Part shown: one piece after another, positions 57,989-64,000 of the stretch | How the letters are laid out: every line of letters begins with the position of its first letter | How positions within the stretch are numbered: the first letter of the stretch is position 1 | The notes under the pieces: model-generated | The model's database searches: none | What the model saw: only the letters and a program-made list of their open reading frames with translations | What the model was told of the DNA's origin: nothing | Program-made: the position numbers and the translations under genes | Assembly: GCA_963641885.1 (NCBI GenBank) | Contig: CAVIDY010000006.1 | Span: 5,574 to 69,573 of the forward strand | DNA length: 64,000 bases | Origin: Bacteroidaceae bacterium | GTDB lineage: Bacteria > Pseudomonadota > Alphaproteobacteria > RF32 > CAG-239 | Direction: 5' to 3'

Positions 57989-58831
57989 ATGATGTATCCA
58001 AAATTATTATGTAGTGTTAACCGTTCCATTCCTGTTGGTCAGCGCCGTGCAGTCATAACCCGAAAGGACGGAAAGATGTATGCCAGCACCGCCATTATGC
58101 CTGGAGATTTTCTGCTTGCAGACGACAGCTTTTCGGCATCTACCGTTTTCCGTCAGGAGCGCGGCATCTTTATCGGCAAGGACGATAAATATATCGAGCT
58201 TTCCACGCTTTCAGATAAAGCCGTAACCCGTGAAGAGGCATTTCAATATTGCCTCAAGAACCGTGTAGCTCTTCCGTCTTTGGAAGATTTGCAAATAATC
58301 GACGAGCCAACCGCCAAAGCTATCAACAACAGCCTCATGCAAATCGGTTTGAAAGATTCGGTGATTTCTGGCAATGTTTCCAACGAGTTCTGGTCTCAAG
58401 ACAGCCTTGAGAACCAAGGAACCATCACCAAGCGCCGCATCATGCTGGTTAAAAAAGTCATTCACGTGAATAAGCCCAGCTTTCCTACCTTGGACGGTCC
58501 GGTCAACTGTATGAAAGTGTTTTTGCCTGATGTGGTTTTAGTGCGTCAAAACTTGAACGACGCCTTTTGGGTGCTGCAAAGTATAGGCACTGACTACTAC
58601 TACATCATGGAATGCCAGCTGTTGGATTTCCACGGCAAGTATGACTTCATCGACAACGGCAATATCCACTTGGAAGGAGCCAGCATAGTCGTTGAACATC
58701 CGGTGGGCGAAGTTTATTTCAACAACGGGGACAAATACGTTAACACGCACAAAGACTACTATCAGCGCAAGTTCAGCAGTCTCTACACCAAGGTTGGTGA
58801 AAACCATGACCGCTGGCAGATAAAGCCTTAA
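57989..58831 (+). CDS. Hypothetical protein
   Basis: The ORF track gives a GTG at 57920, but the promoter lies inside that stretch. ATG candidates are 57989/57992 (no SD) and 58076 (aggacgga upstream). No family recognised with confidence. A terminator-like hairpin lies at ~58843-58878. Confidence 0.5.
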   Translation: MMYPKLLCSVNRSIPVGQRRAVITRKDGKMYASTAIMPGDFLLADDSFSASTVFRQERGIFIGKDDKYIELSTLSDKAVTREEAFQYCLKNRVALPSLEDLQIIDEPTAKAINNSLMQIGLKDSVISGNVSNEFWSQDSLENQGTITKRRIMLVKKVIHVNKPSFPTLDGPVNCMKVFLPDVVLVRQNLNDAFWVLQSIGTDYYYIMECQLLDFHGKYDFIDNGNIHLEGASIVVEHPVGEVYFNNGDKYVNTHKDYYQRKFSSLYTKVGENHDRWQIKP

Positions 58832-58932
58832 ACTTAGCAAAAACAGTTTTCCTTTTCGGGAAAGCTGTTTTTTTATTTGTAAAATATATATTTTTTGCTA
58901 TATATAAAATAAACAACTTATTGAGGATAAAT

Positions 58933-59574
58933 ATGCTAAAACAACAACTGCCGCCGGAAATTATGAAACAAGCCGTTAAGGGAATCTGCTATATCGCCCA
59001 CCCTTTACGCCTGCGGATTTTGGAATTTTTAGATGTGAACGGCGAGGCTTCGGTTTCGCAAATTACTAAAGCTGTAAACGCCGAGCAAATGATTGTGTCG
59101 CAAAGCCTGAAAAAGTTCCGCGACGCCGGACTGGTTAGCACTAAACGGCACGGCATTTTTATTTATTACAGCATACAAGAAGAATACCCTGCCAGCATTT
59201 TTGACTGTTTGCGCAAGCTCTACGGCTATATGACCGACAGCATACGTTTTTTGGCTGATGGCTACAAAGCTGTTTTACCGCCGGACTATACGACTATGGC
59301 GGCAAACCGCATAAAATTGTTTGCCAACTATGATAAAATGCGGATTTTAGAATTTTTATTGCTCAACGGCGAAAGCAATGTCACCCAAATTGTGCAAGAA
59401 ACTCAAAGCGACCAGTTGAAAGTTTCGCAATATCTGCGGCGGCTGAAAGATGATGAATTTGTAACTTGCCGCCGCGACGGCAGATTTGTTTATTATAACA
59501 TTACCAAAGGCGTGCACAAAACTGCATTGCAGTGCATTCACAAACGCTATGAAAAAATAGGTCGGCTTATTTAA
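58933..59574 (+). CDS. Fused tandem ArsR-type winged-helix regulator (two wHTH domains in one chain)
   Basis: The two halves align with each other: AHPLRLRILEFLDVNGEASVSQITKAVNAEQMIVSQSLKKFRDAGLVSTKRHGIFIYYSI and ANYDKMRILEFLLLNGESNVTQIVQETQSDQLKVSQYLRRLKDDEFVTCRRDGRFVYYNI. ATG at 58933 follows gagga. Confidence 0.75.
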   Translation: MLKQQLPPEIMKQAVKGICYIAHPLRLRILEFLDVNGEASVSQITKAVNAEQMIVSQSLKKFRDAGLVSTKRHGIFIYYSIQEEYPASIFDCLRKLYGYMTDSIRFLADGYKAVLPPDYTTMAANRIKLFANYDKMRILEFLLLNGESNVTQIVQETQSDQLKVSQYLRRLKDDEFVTCRRDGRFVYYNITKGVHKTALQCIHKRYEKIGRLI

Positions 59575-59643
59575 AATAATATGTTGAACTAACAGCTTTT
59601 TTTGTTATACTGGCAGCATTACTTCGGCAGAAAGGAGAATCTT

Positions 59644-60108
59644 ATGTTTTCAGAAAAATGGAATTACCGCTTTTTAGAATTGGCAACACTGGTTGCCGGC
59701 TGGTCTAAAGACCCTTCGACTCAAACCGGAGCCGTGGTGGTTGGACCAGACAAAGAAATACGCGCCACCGGATATAACGGTTTGGTGCGCGGAGTTTCAG
59801 ATGATATTCCAGAACGTATGGAGCGCCCGACTAAATATGATTTTTTTGAGCACGCCGAACGCAACGCCATTTATAACGCCTGCTTAACCGGCACCCAGCT
59901 TAAAGGCTGCACCATTTTTTGCACTTTAACTCCTTGCACCGATTGCGCTCGTGCTATTATTCAAGCCGGCATAAAAGAAGTGATAACCTACGAATATAAA
60001 CCAGCTGATAATGACCCGAAAAACACTTGGAGAGATAAGCTTAATTATTCGGCGCAAATGTTTAATGAAGCCGGAGTGGCATACATTGAACTGCCGCGTA
60101 AAAAATAA
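59644..60108 (+). CDS. dCMP deaminase (ComEB-like cytidine/deoxycytidylate deaminase)
   Basis: HAERNAI and TLTPCTDCARAI zinc-binding motifs. ATG at 59644 follows aaggaga. Confidence 0.8.
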   Translation: MFSEKWNYRFLELATLVAGWSKDPSTQTGAVVVGPDKEIRATGYNGLVRGVSDDIPERMERPTKYDFFEHAERNAIYNACLTGTQLKGCTIFCTLTPCTDCARAIIQAGIKEVITYEYKPADNDPKNTWRDKLNYSAQMFNEAGVAYIELPRKK

Positions 60109-60203
60109 TTTATTTTAAGGCAGGTTAACCCCTTTAAATTTATTAAAACATCTATATATATCTTACCGATTGAATTTTGCCCAAAGTTAAAGGAGGTTGG
60201 ATA

Positions 60204-60821
60204 ATGAAAATTTTAATTGCCGACAGCTGTCCCATTTTTCGCGACGGGCTAAGTTTGCACCTTAACCATATTTTACCCGACGCCAAAATCAGACAAGCTC
60301 CGGATTATGCGCAATTTATTAAAATTCTAACTGAAGAGCGAAACTATGATTTGCTGTTTTTAGACTGGGAAATGACTGACCTGCCGCATCAAAATATTTT
60401 TAAGGACATAAAAAAACTAGCTCCGCTCGCTAAAATTATCGTGTTGGCTAATTCTAAAAATTTCCATAACACCAAACAAGTTTCAGCTGCCGGAGCCAGC
60501 GGCTGCCTTGCCAAACAAACCGAAATATCCGAACTTTACACTGCTGTAAAATCAGTTTTAGCTGGTAACAAATATGTTTCAAGCCTGTTAAACTCCCCTG
60601 CCGTATCTGCCGAATCTAGTGAAAAAAATAAAGCTCTGACTAACCGCCAATCACAGGTTTTAGATTTGATAGCGCAAGGGAAATCCAACAAACAAATAGC
60701 TTATGATATGGGGGTTTCGGAATCTACTGTAAAATTACACATCAACGCCCTTTTGCGCTCGTTGAACGTTAGCAACCGCACGCAGGCAGTTGTCACAGCT
60801 CAAAAAATGGGAATTATTTAG
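60204..60821 (+). CDS. NarL/LuxR-family response regulator (REC + HTH)
   Basis: MKILIADS..., DLLFLDWEM (acceptor Asp), and a C-terminal LTNRQSQVLDLIAQGKSNKQIAYDMGVSESTVKLHINALLRSL. No kinase gene is adjacent. Confidence 0.8.
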   Translation: MKILIADSCPIFRDGLSLHLNHILPDAKIRQAPDYAQFIKILTEERNYDLLFLDWEMTDLPHQNIFKDIKKLAPLAKIIVLANSKNFHNTKQVSAAGASGCLAKQTEISELYTAVKSVLAGNKYVSSLLNSPAVSAESSEKNKALTNRQSQVLDLIAQGKSNKQIAYDMGVSESTVKLHINALLRSLNVSNRTQAVVTAQKMGII

Positions 60822-61899
60822 AATCTTTTTTATCTTCGCTGTCTTTTTTAGATTTTAACTGTCCGCACGCTGCTAAAATATCTTGTCCGCGAGCCACCCG
60901 AACCGGCGCCGCAAAACCTGCTTTTTCCAGTTCTTTAGCAAAAGCATGCACCCGATTGTTTGAACTCGGGGCAAATGAACACCCAGGCCACGGATTAAAC
61001 GGAATCAAATTAAAACTGGCTCTGAGCTGATATTTTTTCATCAAAGCAATAAGTTCTCTCGCACAATCCAAACTGTCATTAACGCCGTTTAACAGCAAAT
61101 ATTCAAAAGTAATATATCTGCTGCCGTCTTCGGCTTGATACGCTTTGCACGCTTCCATAACTTCTTCCAGCGGATAGCGGTTGTTAATCGGCATAATTTG
61201 CGAGCGGATTTCATTGTTTGGAGCATGCAGCGACACCGCCAAGCGCACGCCTGTTTGCTGCAGTGTCGGCAAAATTTTAGGCGCAATGCCGGAAGTGGAC
61301 ATCGTTACGCGGCGGCGCGAAATTGCAATGCCGTCGCCGTCTGTTAAAATTTGCAGGGCTTTTATGGTGTTTTCCATATTGTGCAAAGGCTCGCCCATAC
61401 CCATAACTACAATATTGGAAAGATAGCGGGTTTCATTTGTCGGACTAGGCCATTCGCCATAAGTATCACGCGCCACCATAAATTCGCTGACAATTTCTCC
61501 TGCAGTTAAATTGCGGGTAAGCTTTTGACTTCCAGTATGGCAAAAACGGCAGCCAACCGCACAGCCGACTTGGGTGGAAATGCAAACAGCGCCCCTATCC
61601 TCTTCTGGAATATAAACCATTTCCACACGCTGACCGTCTTTAAATTCCAAAAGCCATTTGCGGGTTTTATCAACAGAAAGCTGTTCTGCCACAATTTTTG
61701 GACGACTAACGGTAAAGTTATCGGCTAATTTTTGCCGCAGTTCTTTAGAAAGATTGCTCATTTTGGAAAAATCTGTTTCTCCAAAATAATAAAGCCATTG
61801 CCATAGCTGTTTGGCGCGAAACGGCTTTTCACCGATATTCACCAAAGCATTTTGTAATTCTTCTTTACTTAAACCGATAAGCTCTATTTTTTCCGTCAT
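60814..61899 (-). CDS. rlmN: 23S rRNA/tRNA (adenine-C2)-methyltransferase RlmN (radical SAM)
   Basis: 361 aa. FRAKQLWQWLY, VGCAVGCRFCHTG, GMGEPL. Confidence 0.9.
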   Translation of the reverse strand: MTEKIELIGLSKEELQNALVNIGEKPFRAKQLWQWLYYFGETDFSKMSNLSKELRQKLADNFTVSRPKIVAEQLSVDKTRKWLLEFKDGQRVEMVYIPEEDRGAVCISTQVGCAVGCRFCHTGSQKLTRNLTAGEIVSEFMVARDTYGEWPSPTNETRYLSNIVVMGMGEPLHNMENTIKALQILTDGDGIAISRRRVTMSTSGIAPKILPTLQQTGVRLAVSLHAPNNEIRSQIMPINNRYPLEEVMEACKAYQAEDGSRYITFEYLLLNGVNDSLDCARELIALMKKYQLRASFNLIPFNPWPGCSFAPSSNNRVHAFAKELEKAGFAAPVRVARGQDILAACGQLKSKKDSEDKKDSK

Positions 61900-61901
61900 G
61901 G

Positions 61902-62411
61902 CTATTTTTTCTTACATTTAGCGGAAATTGCCTGATAAGCGCTGGAAAAACCCTTCAAAGAATATGTATCTTTTGTGGTTGTGCCGCGGCTGGATTTACC
62001 ATCAACAATCATTCTTTCACCGCGTTTCATGGCAACAATCAAATTGCGGTCTTCCTGAGAATTTACCATCCAGCCTTTAGAACCTTCAGTAAAGGTGTTT
62101 TTGAAAACTTTATCGCCGATTTTAATTGTAAACGGCGCTTTGGTATCAAAATTATAGCCAGCTACAAAACTTACTTCATCAAATGTTTTTTCAGACGGAC
62201 GATGAGTAATAATCGAATAAATATCACCGCGTTTGGTATATTTTCCTTCATCTTTTTTAGGAGTCGATGACATATAGCAAATTAAATTTCCGCGGTCGTT
62301 ATAAGTCCAAGCGGTCCAATCGCCGTATTGACCCAATTCTTTAGGCATTTCAGCCGCATTAGCCGCCGTTGCCAACATCAAACCACTCAAAACCAATAAA
62401 TATTTTAACAT
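61902..62411 (-). CDS. Invasion-associated locus B (IalB)-like periplasmic protein
   Basis: 169 aa with a signal peptide. ...YGDWTAWTY...LICYMSS... has an IalB-like layout. Confidence 0.55.
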   Translation of the reverse strand: MLKYLLVLSGLMLATAANAAEMPKELGQYGDWTAWTYNDRGNLICYMSSTPKKDEGKYTKRGDIYSIITHRPSEKTFDEVSFVAGYNFDTKAPFTIKIGDKVFKNTFTEGSKGWMVNSQEDRNLIVAMKRGERMIVDGKSSRGTTTKDTYSLKGFSSAYQAISAKCKKK

Positions 62412-62512
62412 ACTTTTTTATCCTTTTACACTTAAATTTTGCTTGGATTATAGCAAAAAATTATATATAAACAATTAAAATTTATAAAAAATGCAAAAGG
62501 AATTTTCAAATC

Positions 62513-63745
62513 ATGATGAAACCGAATTTTTTGGATATGTCAAAACTGCTGACTTCTAAACGAATTTACCGCCTTTTTGACGCTGTGGAAGCGCATGGAG
62601 GCACTTTGCGTTTTGTCGGCGGTTCCGTGCGCGATACTTTAGCCGGCAGACAAAATAATTTTGATTTGGATTTGGCATCAGACTTATCTCCCGATGAATT
62701 GGTGGAGGCTTGTCAAGATTACGGTTTAAAAACCGTACCTATTGGGCTAAAATTCGGAACCATCGGCGTAATTATAGATAATCAGGTGCTTGAAGTAACA
62801 TCTTTGCGCAAAGATGTTAAAACTGACGGTCGCCATGCTGAAGTTGAATTTACCGATGATTGGAGCGTAGATGCTTCCCGCCGCGATTTAACAATCAATG
62901 CCGTTTATGCTGACTTATACGGCAATGTGTTTGACTACTACAACGGCATAAATGATTTGGAAAACGGCGTTGTGCGTTTTATAGGCAATCCGGACGAGCG
63001 TATTAAGGAAGATTATCTGCGCATTATGCGTTTTTTCCGATTTTATTCCATTTTCAGTAAAAAGCCTATAGACAAAGAAGCTTTGAAAGCCTGCATAGCC
63101 AACAAAGACGGCTTGCGCACTGTTTCTATTGAGCGTGTGCGGGACGAGCTGTTTAAATTGCTGGTTACTCCAAAAGCCGCCGAAACTTTGCAGATTATTT
63201 TTGATAATGACATTTTAAGTTACTTTTTACCAAATAAATCAACGCATTTTGACGCCTTAAAACGTCTGACCGAACTTGTCTCCGATATGAAATATGAAGG
63301 CAATTTTCTGCGCCGACTTTTTGTGTTGTATCAGCCTAATGCGTCAGAAGCCGAAAACATTGCCCGCACTTTGCGTTTTTCTAAAAAGCAAAAAGAAAAC
63401 TTTGTGAATTGGGCAAAAATAAACTTAATGCCGGAAAATATTTCCACGCCTATTCAGCGTTTGCGTTTTATTTATCGCTACGGAAAAACCTTTTGTTTGG
63501 ATAAAATTCTGCTCACTGCCGCCATTTTCGGCATAGACAGCTCCAAAGTCACCAATGTGCTGCAAGAAGTTGAAGACGCCGTTGTGCCGATTTTCCCATT
63601 GCGCGGGCGCGATTTAATTGACCATAACCTTGCCAAAGGCGAAAAAATCGGGCAAGCTTTAACTTTGCTGGAGCAACAGTGGATTGACAGCAACTTCAAT
63701 CTTACCCGTGACGAATTATTGGAATCCGCTAAAAAAACAGTTTAA
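62513..63745 (+). CDS. CCA-adding enzyme / poly(A) polymerase family nucleotidyltransferase
   Basis: 410 aa. LRFVGGSVRDTLAG....DLDLA, ...RRDLTINA..., ..EDYLRIMRFFRF. Confidence 0.85.
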   Translation: MMKPNFLDMSKLLTSKRIYRLFDAVEAHGGTLRFVGGSVRDTLAGRQNNFDLDLASDLSPDELVEACQDYGLKTVPIGLKFGTIGVIIDNQVLEVTSLRKDVKTDGRHAEVEFTDDWSVDASRRDLTINAVYADLYGNVFDYYNGINDLENGVVRFIGNPDERIKEDYLRIMRFFRFYSIFSKKPIDKEALKACIANKDGLRTVSIERVRDELFKLLVTPKAAETLQIIFDNDILSYFLPNKSTHFDALKRLTELVSDMKYEGNFLRRLFVLYQPNASEAENIARTLRFSKKQKENFVNWAKINLMPENISTPIQRLRFIYRYGKTFCLDKILLTAAIFGIDSSKVTNVLQEVEDAVVPIFPLRGRDLIDHNLAKGEKIGQALTLLEQQWIDSNFNLTRDELLESAKKTV

Positions 63746-64000
63746 CCTTATTGCCTGACTGTCCGCAGCCTTCGCCATTATTTATTTCGGCTCTTTTAGC
63801 TCCGGTTCCGCCCTGACAGATAAAACAGGTTGCTCCGTCCAAGCCATCAAAAGAGATATAAAATCCGCCGTCATCAGAAGGTTGAATATCCCAGTTTATG
63901 CCCGAAAATCCGTTAAAATCCAATCCTGCTTTGCTTAATCCGGCATAATTGCCAAAATAAGTAGTCTGCACCGTAGCAACCAAATTGCCTAAATCCTGCT
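63729..64000 (-). CDS. Hypothetical protein, C-terminal part (gene continues past the right edge)
   Basis: The frame stays open to the window end. The Gly/Cys-containing C-terminus ...CFICQGGTGAKRAEINNGEGCGQSGNKVKLFF has a possible pilin-like disulfide loop, which is speculative. Confidence 0.35.
   Translation of the reverse strand, partial: QDLGNLVATVQTTYFGNYAGLSKAGLDFNGFSGINWDIQPSDDGGFYISFDGLDGATCFICQGGTGAKRAEINNGEGCGQSGNKVKLFF

Overview
This is a 64-kb, AT-rich chromosomal window from a diderm bacterium. TolB, LolCDE, an IalB-like protein, an autotransporter and the tRNA-Leu-tig arrangement point to an alphaproteobacterium-like lineage. AdhE, an Fe-alcohol dehydrogenase, HydG and a polyferredoxin point to a fermentative or anaerobic lifestyle. 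Both points are inference only. I support about 60 protein genes, 3 tRNAs (Lys-CUU, Leu-UAG, Ser-CGA), and several sigma70-like promoters and rho-independent terminators. I found no rRNA, CRISPR array, integrase or transposase. Most genes are housekeeping: MoxR/DUF58/TPR, UvrD, AdhE, maltokinase/MalQ, Nfo, FtsB, LolDE, TcdA, RuvX, TolB, Tig, PrfC, HydG, dCMP deaminase, RlmN and a CCA-adding enzyme family protein. There are also two envelope-remodelling operons, one ArnT/GT2/YdjC/GtrA and one EptA-like. The stand-out feature is non-coding. The 3' end of tRNA-Lys(CUU) begins a perfect 3 x 173-bp tandem array (40815-41341). Each unit carries the tRNA 3' end with CCA, a strong terminator, an inverted degenerate copy of the tRNA 3' end, and a ~61% G+C structured core. 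No mobility gene is nearby, and I cannot place the unit in any known family. Other items worth a second look:
- a tandem pair of orphan paralogs (30902-32832)
- a LemA operon with two DUF3137-like membrane proteins
- a 1899-aa autotransporter with about 46 cysteines in its passenger
- a 1026-aa orphan protein
- an AT-rich islet after an orphan tolB, containing a structured leader, a bPH-domain gene whose SD-ATG is out of frame, and a secreted PLD nuclease
- a fused double-ArsR regulator
All functional calls come from motif recognition by eye; no searches were run.
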